A stretch of 64,000 bases of DNA from Macrostomum lignano (taxonomy: Eukaryota): assembly GCA_002269645.1 (NCBI GenBank), contig NIVC01000330.1, forward strand, positions 1-64,000, given 5' to 3'. Positions 16,740-31,698 of the stretch are shown one piece after another (position 1 is the stretch's first letter; every line of letters starts with the position of its first letter). Below the pieces are notes generated by a model, which was given only the letters and a program-made list of their open reading frames with translations, was not told the DNA's origin and did not search any database. Made by a program: the position numbers and the translations under genes.

Positions 16740-18425
16740 TGATATCATTCAGAATCGCCCCTGACTATCATATAGAATCGCCCCTGACTATCATATAGAA
16801 TCGCCCCTGACTATCATATAGAATCGCCCCTGACTATCATATAGAATCGCCCCTGACTATCATTCAGAATCGCCCCCTGACTATCATTCAGAATCGCCCC
16901 CTGACTATCATTCAGAATCGCCCCTGACTATCATTCAGAATCGCCCCCTGACTATCATTCAAAATCGCCTCTGACTATCATTCAGAATCGCCTCTGACTA
17001 TCATTCAGAATCGCCCCTGACTATCATTCAGAATCGCCCCTGACTATCATTCAGAATCGCCTCTGACTATCATTCAGAATCTCCCCCTGACTATCATTCA
17101 GAATCGCCCTGTGACTATCATTCATAATCGCCCCTGACTATCATTCAGAATCGCCTCTGACTACCATTCAGAATCGCCTCTGACTATCATTCAGAATCGC
17201 TCTTGACTACCATTCAGAATCGCCCCTGACTATCATTCAGAATCGCCCCTGACTACCATTCAGAATCGTCACTGACTACCATTCAGAATCGCCACTGACT
17301 ATCATTCAGAATCGCCCCTGACTACCATTCAGAATCGCCCCTGACTACCATTCAGAATCGCCCCTGACTACCATTCAGAATCGCCTCTGACTACCATTCA
17401 GAATCGCCACTGACTATCATTCAGAATCGCCCCTGACTACCATTCAGAATCGTCACTGACTACCATTCAGAATCGCCCCTGACTATCATTCAGAATCGCC
17501 CCTGACTATCATTCAGAATCGCCCCTGACTATCATTCAGAATCGCCCCTGACTACCATATAGAATCGCCTCTGACTACTATTCAGAATCGCCCCTGACTA
17601 CCATTCAGAATCGTCACTGACTACCATTCAGAATCGCCCCTGACTATCATTCAGAATCGCCCCTGACTATCATTCAGAATCGCCCCTGACTATCATTCAG
17701 AATCGCCCCTGACTACCATATAGAATCGCCTCTGACTAACCTTTAGAATCGTCCCTGAATATCATTCAGAATCGCCCCTGACTACCATATAGAATCGCCC
17801 CTGACTACTATTCAGAATCGCCCCTGAATATCATTCAGAATCGCCCCTGACTACCATATAGAATCGCCCCTGACTACCATATAGAATCGCCCCTGACTAT
17901 CATATAGAATCGCCTCTGACTAACCTTTAGAATCGTCCCTGAATATCATTCAGAATCGCCCCTGACTAACCTTTAGAATCGTCCCTGAATATCATTCAGA
18001 ATCGCCCCTGACTACCATATAAAATCGCCCCTGACTACCATTCAGAATCGCCCCTGAATATCATATAGAATCGCCTCTGACTAACCTTTAGAATCGTCCC
18101 TGAATATCATTCAGAATCGCCCCTGACTACCATATAGAATCGCCCCTGAATATCATATAGAATCGCCTCTGACTAACCTTTAGAATCGTTCCTGAATATC
18201 ATTCAGAATCGCCCCTGACTACCATATAGAATCGCCTCTGGCTATCATATAGAATCGCCTCTGACTAACCTTTAGAATCGTTCCTGAATATCATTCAGAA
18301 TCGCCCCTGACTACCATATAGAATCGCCTCTGACTATCATATAGAATCGCCCCTGACTATCATATAGAATCGCCTCTGACTAACCTTTAGAATCGCCCCT
18401 AAACCCCTAGCTTAAGAATCGCCCC
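16740..18425. repeat. 23-bp minisatellite downstream of AGPS (copy 1)
   Basis: Unit CAGAATCGCCCCTGACTATCATT with ACCATAT and AACCTTT variants. Confidence 0.95.
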
Positions 18426-19183
18426 TGACCACCTGCTTAATCGATTTCACCTACATTTGCAGTCGTGCCAGTGCAGGTATTTCTGTCCATTTATACAACT
18501 TTCTCTCGATTACGGGCCTAAAAAGTGTTGTTGTTAAAGATTGCCAGCAATCCCACTTGGATTCCTCCAGTCCCTAGTCTTTTTTTTAAATAATTTAGTC
18601 CTTTTTACGCGTCATTCAGGTCATGTTTCTGCGCTATTTCACGCCTTCAGAATCAGAATTGATTATATATTTATTAATAGCCGATATGTAGCGATAATTA
18701 CTTTACAAAGCACTATTTAACATTATTGGGAAGGAGGTGTAGAATGAAATTAGAAGTAATCATTTTTACAGAAACGCTTATTAATGTGTGCTTTTATGGT
18801 CAGTTTTTAATCTGCGAATTGAAGTTGTTTGCTTATTGCCCTCCGCGATTGATATAAACAAGTTTAGTGTTATTTTTGTAAATGGCCAGTTCCATCCATT
18901 GTGTCTAGCGATGTTTCTTTATTGTGCTTCATTCTAATCCTTCTATCCATTTTTCTACTATTCAAAACGATTTTGCGGTAAATTACTTTAATTTTCATTT
19001 TAATTTATTGTTATTGATTTGCCTGTCTTTGTTTGCAGAATACACTTTGTTTTTCTAGGCCAATTATATACCACTGCTAATTTCTGAGTGATTCGATACT
19101 GGAATTGCAAAACACTTCTGGGGTCATCTTTTTGATGCATTTCATTTTTGTGCGTCCGTCCGCTTGTCCTAGTGTCTTTGACG

Positions 19184-19187
<4 letters not shown>

Positions 19188-19243
<56 letters not shown>

Positions 19244-19324
19244 TAGTGTCTGCCTGTCTGTCTTAGTGTCTGCCTGTCTGTCTGTCTGTCTTAGTGTCTG
19301 TCTGTCTGTCTTAGTGTCTGTCTA

Positions 19325-19407
<83 letters not shown>

Positions 19408-19488
19408 TAGTGTCTGCCTGTCTGTCTTAGTGTCTGCCTGTCTGTCTGTCTGTCTTAGTGTCTGTCTGTCTGTCTTAGTGTCTGTCTA

Positions 19489-19555
<67 letters not shown>

Positions 19556-19578
19556 TAGTGTCTGTCTGTCTGTCTTAG

Positions 19579-19655
<77 letters not shown>

Positions 19656-19736
19656 TAGTGTCTGTCTGTCTGTCTTAGTGTCTGTCTATCTGTCTTAGTG
19701 TCTGTCTGTCTGTCTTAGTGTCTGTCTGTCTGTCTA

Positions 19737-19771
<35 letters not shown>

Positions 19772-19938
19772 TAGTGTCTGTCTGTCTGTCTTAGTGTCTG
19801 TCTATCTGTCTTAGTGTCTGCCTGTCTGTCTGTCTGTCTTAGTGTCTGTCTATCTGTCTTAGTGTCTGCCTGTCTGTCTTAGTGTCTGCCTGTCTGTCTG
19901 TCTGTCTTAGTGTCTGTCTGTCTGTCTTAGTGTCTGCC

Positions 19939-19981
<43 letters not shown>

Positions 19982-20000
19982 TTGTCTGTCTGTCTGTCTG
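19188..20000. repeat. (TCTG)n compound microsatellite (copy 1)
   Basis: TCTG runs interrupted by TTAGTG and CTATT. Copy 2 lies at ~28460-29107 and is 168 bp shorter. Confidence 0.95.
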
Positions 20001-20461
20001 TGTGTGGCTAAAATCAGCCTATGGCTCATATCGCCCCATAAAACTTTTCCTTAGCCAATGATAAATGTAAACCATTGGTTCCACTTCATTGACCACATTT
20101 GCAACTAAAGTTATGACGGTGAATTTGAATATTATGATAATATCAAAGCAAAAATTCTGCTTTAAAACTAGGCAGTTAAGACTTTTTGCGCACCGCCGCT
20201 TCGCCCACTACTCCATAGAACTCCATAATCGCAGTATAATAGAATAAGACACACTGCACCATGTGTGTACGCACTGTACACTGTCTGAGCACTGAGCCCC
20301 GCTGAGGTAAGAATGGCCGGGAGACACTGCAGCTGAGTCATGCAGCTATCTCTGCTCGGTGAGGGTTGAGATAAAATGTGCGCAGCGCATTGAGACCAGA
20401 CGAGACAGTAGGGAGTATAGAGAGAGCGAACCCAAAAACACACTGGAGAGTTTTGAGCAGC

Positions 20462-22615
20462 ATGGAGCAGGACAAGCCAGAGGTAGAAGATCAGCAAGAA
20501 TGCGAGCGGTTGGCTAACGAAGTTGAGTCCCGGCTGAGGGAGTATCTGGACAAGGCGGCTAAGGAGTACCCGCCAGGCTGTCAGGCCGACTGGCTGTCCG
20601 GGGTCGCCGCTGAGCGGCTGCTGGCCGAGTCCTCGGCCGGGTGCACGGCCACGCCGGTGTCGCTGGTGAAGCTGAGCATCTATCTGATGGAGAGTCTGGC
20701 CGATGTGTCCAATGCGTACGAGGAGTTCTATGCGCAGCAGGTGGCCGAGCTGCGTGAGGATGGCCTGGCGGCTCACGCTCAGGTGGGTGGAGGGGCAGGT
20801 AGAGGGTGGGAGAGAGGCGGGTAGAGAGGGTGGGAGAGAGGCAGGTAGAGAGGGTGGGAGAGAGGCAGGTAGAGAGGGTGGGAGAGAGGCAGGTAGAGAG
20901 GGTGGGAGAGAGGCAGGTAGAGAGGGTGGGAGAGAGGCAGGTAGAGAGGGTGGGAGAGAGGCAGGTAGAGGGTGGGGAGATGCAGGTAGAGAGGGTGGGG
21001 AGATGCAGGTAGAGAGGGTGGGGAGATGCAGGTAGAGGGTGGGAGAGAGGCAGGTAGAGAGGGTGGGAGAGAGGCAGGTAGAGAGGGTGGGAGAGATGCA
21101 GGTAGAGGGTGGGGAGAGACAGGTAGAGAGGGTGGGAGAGAGGCAGGTAGAGGGTGGGAGAGAGGCAGGTAGAGAGGGTGGGAGAGATGCAGGTAGAGGG
21201 TGGGAGAGATGCAGGTAGAGAGGGTGGGAGAGAGGCAGGTAGAGGGTGGGAGAGAGGCAGGTAGAGAGGGTGGGAGAGATGCAGGCAGAGGGTGGGGAGA
21301 TGCAGGTAGAGAGGGTATGAGAGAGGCAGGTAGAGGGTGGGAGAGATGCAGGTAGAGAGGGTGGGAGAGAGGCAGGTAGAGGGTGGGAGAGATGCAGGTA
21401 GAGAGGGTGGGAGAGGGGCAGGTAGAGGGTGGGGAGAGGCAGGTAGAGGGTGGGAGAGATGCAGGTAGAGGGTGGGAGAGAGGCAGGTAGAGAGGGTGGG
21501 AGAGATGCAGGTAGTAAGGGTGGGAGAGAGGCAGGTAGAGAGGGTGGGAGAGAGGCAGGTAGAGAGGGTGGGAGAGATGCAGGTAGAGGGTGGGAGAGAG
21601 GCAGGTAGAGAGGGTGGGAGAGATGCAGGTAGAGAGAGTGGGAGAGGCAGGTAGAGAGGGTGGGAGAGATGCAGGTAGAGGGTGGGGAGAGGCAGGTAGA
21701 GAGGGTATGAGAGAGGCAGGTAGAGGGTGGGAGAGAGGCAGGTAGAGAGGGTATGAGAGAGGCAGGTAGAGGGTGGGAGAGAGGCAGGTAGAGAGGGTGG
21801 GAGAGAGGCAGGTAGAGAGGGTGGGAGAGAGGCAGGTAGAGAGGGTGGGAGAGGCAGGTAGAGAGGGTGGGAGAGAGGCAGGTAGAGAGGGTGGGAGAGA
21901 GGCAGGTAGAGAGGGTGGGAGAGAGGCAGGTAGTAAGGGTGGGAGAGAGGCAGGTAGAGGGTGGGAGAGAGGCAGTTTGAGAAGGAGAGGTAAAACCTGC
22001 AGTATTAAAATGCCTTGCAGCACAGCAACAAACCCAACCTTCATCCTCACTCCGCAGGTGGCCTCCCTGGAGGACGAGAACGCCCGCCTCCGTGAGCAGC
22101 TGCACCGCCGGGCCGAGGAGCTCCGGTTGGCCCAGGCTGCGGCGGAGACGCTGAAATCGACGGCAAGCGGCGGCGACAGCTCAGCGGGCGTGGTCGGCCG
22201 GCATCGTTTCGACGAGGCGGTCGACGTCGAAGATGAGGATGAGGTCGAAGAAGAAGTGGCAGAGGAAGCGGAGGCGGTCAGAGGTGCAGCAGCCGTCGCT
22301 GCCGCTGCCTGCGGTTCGTCCGGAGGTGCCGTCTGCCGGCAGTGCGGCCGTGGCGGCGGCGATGCCGAATCAGCCGCCGCCGCCACCAAAGCCGCCGTTC
22401 AAATCGCCGCGCTGAAGGCCGACCTCGCCGACTGGGAGGCCGACATGGCCGAGAAGGTGCACCAGAATGTCGAGCTGGCGGCCCAGCTGGAGGCCTGCCA
22501 GAGACAGCTGGCGCGTCAGGCGGCGCGAGCGGCGGCGCCGTCCGCTGAGAACGGCACGGCCGCTGCGCCAAGAGGAATTTTCAGCGGACTGCCGTTGCTG
22601 AGGAGAAAGACTTGA
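20462..22615 (+). CDS. Uncharacterised acidic coiled-coil protein, 2 exons, about 292 aa (copy 1)
   Basis: Exons 20462-20782 and 22058-22615 (CAG|GTGGGT and CCGCAG|GTG, phase 0). Codon usage is GC-rich like the neighbouring genes. Heptad-like segments are VASLEDENARLREQLHRRAEELRLAQ and QIAALKADLADWEADMAEKVHQNVELAAQLEACQRQL. No family recognised. Confidence 0.7.
20790..21975. repeat. 24-bp G/A-rich minisatellite filling the coiled-coil gene intron
   Basis: Unit GGCAGGTAGAGAGGGTGGGAGAGA with 22-23-bp variants. Copy 2 lies at ~29895-31058. Confidence 0.95.
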
Positions 22616-23127
22616 GAGAGGATGAAGGAAATCTAGTTTGTTCTTGTGTCTGCCTGCTTTTTTCACCTTTTCAGATGTTCTACCTGTGTTTATTCTGATG
22701 TCAGCCCAGCTGCCTGATGTATCTGATCCTTCCCTAATGGATCTTCCCTTTGTCCTAATCACACCCAAACTCTATTGATCTCAATAGATCTCAACCAATC
22801 TCACTCGCAGAACTCTCTATATCTAATCTCATCCCTCATCTTTCCTTATATCTGTTCTCACTCCTCATCCATCTAATCTTCATTAATTTATTTCCTTTAT
22901 CGGAGTGCTAGCGGATTTTTTTTCAGAAAAAAATTGTTCTGAAATCCATATTCAGAAATTTTCTTTACTTGAAATAGAGTAAATTTGTAGCGGATTATTA
23001 AATTCATACATGCAATTTCATTGTGAAATCGGAAATGGGTTTTGCGTATTTTACTGCTCTTATTTGAATTGTTAGTTTCACAAACTCAATTAACAAAAGG
23101 GAACTGATAATAGCTGCTCAATATGGT

Positions 23128-23694
23128 GTGTCCATGGACAGCACAGGTGCCAAGGTGTGACCATGGAACCCACAGGTGCCAAGGTGTGACCATGGACAGC
23201 ACAGGTGCCAAGGTGTGACCATGGAACCCACAGGTGCCAAGGTGTGACCATGGACAGCACAGGTGCCAAGGTGTGATCATGGACAGCACAGGTGCCAAGG
23301 TGTGACCATGGGCGACACAGGTGCCAAGGTGTGTCCATGGACAGCACAGGTGCCAAGGTGTGACCATGGAACCCACAGGTGCCAAGGTGTGACCATGGAC
23401 AGCACAGGTGCCAAGGTGTGACCATGGAACCCACAGGTGCCAAGGTGTGACCATGGACAGCACAGGTGCCAAGGTGTGATCATGGACAGCACAGGTGCCA
23501 AGGTGTGACCATGGGCGACACAGGTGCCAAGGTGTGACCATGGACAGCACAGGTGCCAAGGTGTGATCATGGGCAGCACAGGTGCCAAGGTGTGACCATG
23601 GAACCCACAGGTGCCAAGGTGTGATCATGGACAGCACAGGTGCCAAGGTGTGACCATGGACAGCACAGGTGCCAAGGTGTGATCATGGGCAGCA
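23128..23694. repeat. 29-bp minisatellite (copy 1, truncated at the duplication junction)
   Basis: Unit CCATGGACAGCACAGGTGCCAAGGTGTGA. Confidence 0.95.
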
Positions 23695-24336
23695 ATAGAG
23701 GGCGGAGTTCAATAGAGGGTGGAAGCGGAGTTCAATAGAGGGCGGAAGCGGAGTTCAATAGAGGGCGGAAGTGGAGTTCAATAGAGGGCGGAAGTGGAGT
23801 TGAGTAGAGGGCGGAGGCGGAGTTGAGTAGAGGGTGGAAGCGGAGTTCAATAGAGGGCGGAAGCGGAGTTCAATAGAGGGCGGAAGTGGAGTTCAATAGA
23901 GGGCGGAAGTGGAGTTGAGTAGAGGGCGGAAGCGGAGTTGAGTAAGAAGGCGGAAGCGGAGTTGAGTAAGAAGGTGGAAGCGGAGTTGAGTAGAGGGCGG
24001 AAGCGGAGTTGAGTAGAGGGCGGAAGCGGAGTTGAGTAGAGGGCGGAAGCGGAGTTGAGTAGAGGGCGGAAGCGGAGTTGAGTAGAGGGCGGAAGCGGAG
24101 TTGAGTAGAGGGCGGAAGCGGAGTTGAGTAGAGGGCGGAAGCGGAGTTGAGTAGAGGGCGGAAGCGGAGTTGAGTAGAGGGCGGAAGCGGAGTTGAGTAG
24201 AGGGCGGAAGCGGAGTTGAGTAAGAAGGCGGAAGCGTGAGGTTCAAAGATTGGTAGAGATCGGATTGAGGAAATCAGCAGTGTTTGATTGAAATCGGAGC
24301 CTGGTAGAGGCGGGCGCGGTGAGCAAGCGCAGTTAG

Positions 24337-24948
<612 letters not shown>

Positions 24949-25094
24949 ATCGCCCAATGCCGAAGCATTGAGTATAGTAGTTCTGAGATCGGTTATGTAC
25001 CTGATTTTAATGCTCAGATCTCCGATTAAACTCAAATAGTCTGACTAGCCTTTATTTTATGATTGCCTCGCCCCTAACATTCTTGGATAACCCC

Positions 25095-27700
25095 TGATAT
25101 CATTCAGAATCGCCCCTGACTATCATATAGAATCGCCCCTGACTATCATATAGAATCGCCCCTGACTATCATATAGAATCGCCCCTGACTATCATATAGA
25201 ATCGCCCCTGACTATCATTCAGAATCGCCCCCTGACTATCATTCAGAATCGCCCCCTGACTATCATTCAGAATCGCCCCTGACTATCATTCAGAATCGCC
25301 CCCTGACTATCATTCAAAATCGCCTCTGACTATCATTCAGAATCGCCTCTGACTATCATTCAGAATCGCCCCTGACTATCATTCAGAATCGCCCCTGACT
25401 ATCATTCAGAATCGCCTCTGACTATCATTCAGAATCTCCCCCTGACTATCATTCAGAATCGCCCTGTGACTATCATTCATAATCGCCCCTGACTATCATT
25501 CAGAATCGCCTCTGACTACCATTCAGAATCGCCTCTGACTATCATTCAGAATCGCTCTTGACTACCATTCAGAATCGCCCCTGACTATCATTCAGAATCG
25601 CCCCTGACTACCATTCAGAATCGTCACTGACTACCATTCAGAATCGCCACTGACTATCATTCAGAATCGCCCCTGACTACCATTCAGAATCGCCCCTGAC
25701 TACCATTCAGAATCGCCCCTGACTACCATTCAGAATCGCCTCTGACTACCATTCAGAATCGCCACTGACTATCATTCAGAATCGCCCCTGACTACCATTC
25801 AGAATCGTCACTGACTACCATTCAGAATCGCCCCTGACTATCATTCAGAATCGCCCCTGACTATCATTCAGAATCGCCCCTGACTATCATTCAGAATCGC
25901 CTCTGACTAACCTTTAGAATCGTCCCTGACTACCATTCAGAATCGCCCCTGACTACCATATAGAATCGCCCCTGACTACTATTCAGAATCGCCCCTGAAT
26001 ATCATTCAGAATCGCCCCTGACTACCATATAGAATCGCCCCTGACTACCATATAGAATCGCCCCTGACTACCATATAGAATCGCCTCTGACTAACCTTTA
26101 GAATCGTCCCTGAATATCATTCAGAATCGCCCCTGACTACCATATAAAATCGCCCCTGACTACCATTCAGAATCGCCCCTGAATATCATATAGAATCGCC
26201 TCTGACTAACCTTTAGAATCGTCCCTGAATATCATTCAGAATCGCCCCTGACTACCATATAGAATCGCCTCTGACTATCATATAGAATCGCCTCTGACTA
26301 ACCTTTAGAATCGTTCCTGAATATCATTCAGAATCGCCCCTGACTACCATATAGAATCGCCTCTGACTATCATATAGAATCGCCCCTGACTATCATATAG
26401 AATCGCCTCTGACTAACCTTTAGAATCGTCCCTGAATATCATTCAGAATCGCCCCTGACTACCATATAGAATCGCCTCTGACTATCATATAGAATCGCCT
26501 CTGACTAACCTTTAGAATCGTTCCTGAATATCATTCAGAATCGCCCCTGACTACCATATAGAATCGCCTCTGACTATCATATAGAATCGCCTCTGACTAA
26601 CCTTTAGAATCGTTCCTGAATATCATTCAGAATCGCCCCTGACTACCATATAGAATCGCCTCTGACTATCATATAGAATCGCCCCTGACTATCATATAGA
26701 ATCGCCTCTGACTAACCTTTAGAATCGTTCCTGAATATCATTCAGAATCGCCCCTGACTACCATATAGAATCGCCTCTGACTATCATATAGAATCGCCCC
26801 TGACTATCATATAGAATCGCCTCTGACTAACCTTTAGAATCGTCCCTGAATATCATTCAGAATCGCCCCTGACTACCATATAGAATCGCCTCTGACTATC
26901 ATATAGAATCGCCTCTGACTAACCTTTAGAATCGTTCCTGAATATCATTCAGAATCGCCCCTGACTACCATATAGAATCGCCTCTGACTATCATATAGAA
27001 TCGCCTCTGACTAACCTTTAGAATCGTTCCTGAATATCATTCAGAATCGCCCCTGACTACCATATAGAATCGCCTCTGACTATCATATAGAATCGCCCCT
27101 GACTATCATATAGAATCGCCCCTGACTACCATATAGAATCGCCTCTGACTATCATATAGAATCGCCCCTGAATATCATATAGAATCGCCTCTGACTAACC
27201 TTTAGAATCGTCCCTGAATATCATTCAGAATCGCCCCTGACTAACCTTTAGAATCGTCCCTGAATATCATTCAGAATCGCCCCTGACTACCATATAAAAT
27301 CGCCCCTGACTACCATTCAGAATCGCCCCTGAATATCATATAGAATCGCCTCTGACTAACCTTTAGAATCGTCCCTGAATATCATTCAGAATCGCCCCTG
27401 ACTACCATATAGAATCGCCCCTGAATATCATATAGAATCGCCTCTGACTAACCTTTAGAATCGTTCCTGAATATCATTCAGAATCGCCCCTGACTACCAT
27501 ATAGAATCGCCTCTGACTATCATATAGAATCGCCTCTGACTAACCTTTAGAATCGTTCCTGAATATCATTCAGAATCGCCCCTGACTACCATATAGAATC
27601 GCCTCTGACTATCATATAGAATCGCCCCTGACTATCATATAGAATCGCCTCTGACTAACCTTTAGAATCGCCCCTAAACCCCTAGCTTAAGAATCGCCCC
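25095..27700. repeat. 23-bp minisatellite (copy 2, expanded)
   Basis: Same unit as 16740-18425. The offset changes from 8355 to 9275 across the array, i.e. +920 bp = 40 units. Confidence 0.95.
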
Positions 27701-28458
27701 TGACCACCTGCTTAATCGATTTCACCTACATTTGCAGTCGTGCCAGTGCAGGTATTTCTGTCCATTTATACAACTTTCTCTCGATTACGGGCCTAAAAAG
27801 TGTTGTTGTTAAAGATTGCCAGCAATCCCACTTGGATTCCTCCAGTCCCTAGTCTTTTTTTTAAATAATTTAGTCCTTTTTACGCGTCATTCAGGTCATG
27901 TTTCTGCGCTATTTCACGCCTTCAGAATCAGAATTGATTATATATTTATTAATAGCCGATATGTAGCGATAATTACTTTACAAAGCACTATTTAACATTA
28001 TTGGGAAGGAGGTGTAGAATGAAATTAGAAGTAATCATTTTTACAGAAACGCTTATTAATGTGTGCTTTTATGGTCAGTTTTTAATCTGCGAATTGAAGT
28101 TGTTTGCTTATTGCCCTCCGCGATTGATATAAACAAGTTTAGTGTTATTTTTGTAAATGGCCAGTTCCATCCATTGTGTCTAGCGATGTTTCTTTATTGT
28201 GCTTCATTCTAATCCTTCTATCCATTTTTCTACTATTCAAAACGATTTTGCGGTAAATTACTTTAATTTTCATTTTAATTTATTGTTATTGATTTGCCTG
28301 TCTTTGTTTGCAGAATACACTTTGTTTTTCTAGGCCAATTATATACCACTGCTAATTTCTGAGTGATTCGATACTGGAATTGCAAACCACTTCTGGGGTC
28401 ATCTTTTTGATGCATTTCATTTTTGTGCGTCCGTCCGCTTGTCCTAGTGTCTTTGACG

Positions 28459-28518
<60 letters not shown>

Positions 28519-28599
28519 TAGTGTCTGCCTGTCTGTCTTAGTGTCTGCCTGTCTGTCTGTCTGTCTTAGTGTCTGTCTGTCTGTCTTAGTGTCTGTCTA

Positions 28600-28666
<67 letters not shown>

Positions 28667-28689
28667 TAGTGTCTGTCTGTCTGTCTTAG

Positions 28690-28762
<73 letters not shown>

Positions 28763-28843
28763 TAGTGTCTGTCTGTCTGTCTTAGTGTCTGTCTATCTGT
28801 CTTAGTGTCTGTCTGTCTGTCTTAGTGTCTGTCTGTCTGTCTA

Positions 28844-28878
<35 letters not shown>

Positions 28879-29045
28879 TAGTGTCTGTCTGTCTGTCTTA
28901 GTGTCTGTCTATCTGTCTTAGTGTCTGCCTGTCTGTCTGTCTGTCTTAGTGTCTGTCTATCTGTCTTAGTGTCTGCCTGTCTGTCTTAGTGTCTGCCTGT
29001 CTGTCTGTCTGTCTTAGTGTCTGTCTGTCTGTCTTAGTGTCTGCC

Positions 29046-29088
<43 letters not shown>

Positions 29089-29568
29089 TTGTCTGTCTGT
29101 CTGTCTGTGTGTGGCTAAAATCAGCCTATGGCTCATATCGCCCCATAAAACTTTTCCTTAGCCAATGATAAATGTAAACCATTGGTTCCACTTCATTGAC
29201 CACATTTGCAACTAAAGTTATGACGGTGAATTTGAATATTATGATAATATCAAAGCAAAAATTCTGCTTTAAAACTAGGCAGTTAAGACTTTTTGCGCAC
29301 CGCCGCTTCGCCCACTACTCCATAGAACTCCATAATCGCAGTATAATAGAATAAGACACACTGCACCATGTGTGTACGCACTGTACACTGTCTGAGCACT
29401 GAGCCCCGCTGAGGTAAGAATGGCCGGGAGACACTGCAGCTGAGTCATGCAGCTATCTCTGCTCGGTGAGGGTTGAGATAAAATGTGCGCAGCGCATTGA
29501 GACCAGACGAGACAGTAGGGAGTATAGAGAGAGCGAACCCAAAAACACACTGGAGAGTTTTGAGCAGC

Positions 29569-31698
29569 ATGGAGCAGGACAAGCCAGAGGTAGAAGATCA
29601 GCAAGAATGCGAGCGGTTGGCTAACGAAGTTGAGTCCCGGCTGAGGGAGTATCTGGACAAGGCGGCTAAGGAGTACCCGCCAGGCTGTCAGGCCGACTGG
29701 CTGTCCGGGGTCGCCGCTGAGCGGCTGCTGGCCGAGTCCTCGGCCGGGTGCACGGCCACGCCGGTGTCGCTGGTGAAGCTGAGCATCTATCTGATGGAGA
29801 GTCTGGCCGATGTGTCCAATGCGTACGAGGAGTTCTATGCGCAGCAGGTGGCCGAGCTGCGTGAGGATGGCCTGGCGGCTCACGCTCAGGTGGGTGGAGG
29901 GGCAGGTAGAGGGTGGGAGAGAGGCGGGTAGAGAGGGTGGGAGAGAGGCAGGTAGAGAGGGTGGGAGAGAGGCAGGTAGAGAGGGTGGGAGAGAGGCAGG
30001 TAGAGAGGGTGGGAGAGAGGCAGGTAGAGAGGGTGGGAGAGAGGCAGGTAGAGGGTGGGGAGATGCAGGTAGAGAGGGTGGGGAGATGCAGGTAGAGAGG
30101 GTGGGGAGATGCAGGTAGAGGGTGGGAGAGAGGCAGGTAGAGAGGGTGGGAGAGAGGCAGGTAGAGAGGGTGGGAGAGATGCAGGTAGAGGGTGGGGAGA
30201 GACAGGTAGAGAGGGTGGGAGAGAGGCAGGTAGAGGGTGGGAGAGAGGCAGGTAGAGAGGGTGGGAGAGATGCAGGTAGAGGGTGGGAGAGATGCAGGTA
30301 GAGAGGGTGGGAGAGAGGCAGGTAGAGGGTGGGAGAGAGGCAGGTAGAGAGGGTGGGAGAGATGCAGGCAGAGGGTGGGGAGATGCAGGTAGAGAGGGTA
30401 TGAGAGAGGCAGGTAGAGGGTGGGAGAGATGCAGGTAGAGAGGGTGGGAGAGAGGCAGGTAGAGGGTGGGAGAGATGCAGGTAGAGAGGGTGGGAGAGGG
30501 GCAGGTAGAGGGTGGGGAGAGGCAGGTAGAGGGTGGGAGAGATGCAGGTAGAGGGTGGGAGAGAGGCAGGTAGAGAGGGTGGGAGAGATGCAGGTAGTAA
30601 GGGTGGGAGAGAGGCAGGTAGAGAGGGTGGGAGAGAGGCAGGTAGAGAGGGTGGGAGAGATGCAGGTAGAGGGTGGGAGAGAGGCAGGTAGAGAGGGTGG
30701 GAGAGATGCAGGTAGAGAGAGTGGGAGAGGCAGGTAGAGAGGGTGGGAGAGATGCAGGTAGAGGGTGGGGAGAGGCAGGTAGAGAGGGTATGAGAGAGGC
30801 AGGTAGAGGGTGGGAGAGAGGCAGGTAGAGAGGGTATGAGAGAGGCAGGTAGAGGGTGGGAGAGAGGCAGGTAGAGAGGGTGGGAGAGAGGCAGGTAGAG
30901 AGGGTGGGAGAGAGGCAGGTAGAGAGGGTGGGAGAGGCAGGTAGAGAGGGTGGGAGAGAGGCAGGTAGAGAGGGTGGGAGAGAGGCAGGTAGAGAGGGTG
31001 GGAGAGAGGCAGGTAGTAAGGGTGGGAGAGAGGCAGGTAGAGGGTGGGAGAGAGGCAGTTTGAGAAGGAGAGGTAAAACCTGCAGTATTAAAATGCCTTG
31101 CAGCACAGCAACAAACCCAACCTTCATCCTCACTCCGCAGGTGGCCTCCCTGGAGGACGAGAACGCCCGCCTCCGTGAGCAGCTGCACCGCCGGGCCGAG
31201 GAGCTCCGGTTGGCCCAGGCTGCGGCGGAGACGCTGAAATCGACGGCAAGCGGCGGCGACAGCTCAGCGGGCGTGGTCGGCCGGCATCGTTTCGACGAGG
31301 CGGTCGACGTCGAAGATGAGGATGAGGTCGAAGAAGAAGTGGCAGAGGAAGCGGAGGCGGTCAGAGGTGCAGCAGCCGTCGCTGCCGCTGCCTGCGGTTC
31401 GTCCGGAGGTGCCGTCTGCCGGCAGTGCGGCCGTGGCGGCGGCGATGCCGAATCAGCCGCCGCCGCCACCAAAGCCGCCGTTCAAATCGCCGCGCTGAAG
31501 GCCGACCTCGCCGACTGGGAGGCCGACATGGCCGAGAAGGTGCACCAGAATGTCGAGCTGGCGGCCCAGCTGGAGGCCTGCCAGAGACAGCTGGCGCGTC
31601 AGGCGGCGCGAGCGGCGGCGCCGTCCGCTGAGAACGGCACGGCCGCTGCGCCAAGAGGAATTTTCAGCGGACTGCCGTTGCTGAGGAGAAAGACTTGA
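29569..31698 (+). CDS. Uncharacterised acidic coiled-coil protein (copy 2)
   Basis: Exons 29569-29889 and 31141-31698; translation identical to copy 1. Confidence 0.68.

Noticed and set aside
20168-22389. Long minus-strand ORFs (645 aa and 536 aa; duplicates at 29275-31472)
   Set aside because: They are translations of the C/T-rich strand of the 24-bp intronic satellite plus the antisense of real plus-strand exons.
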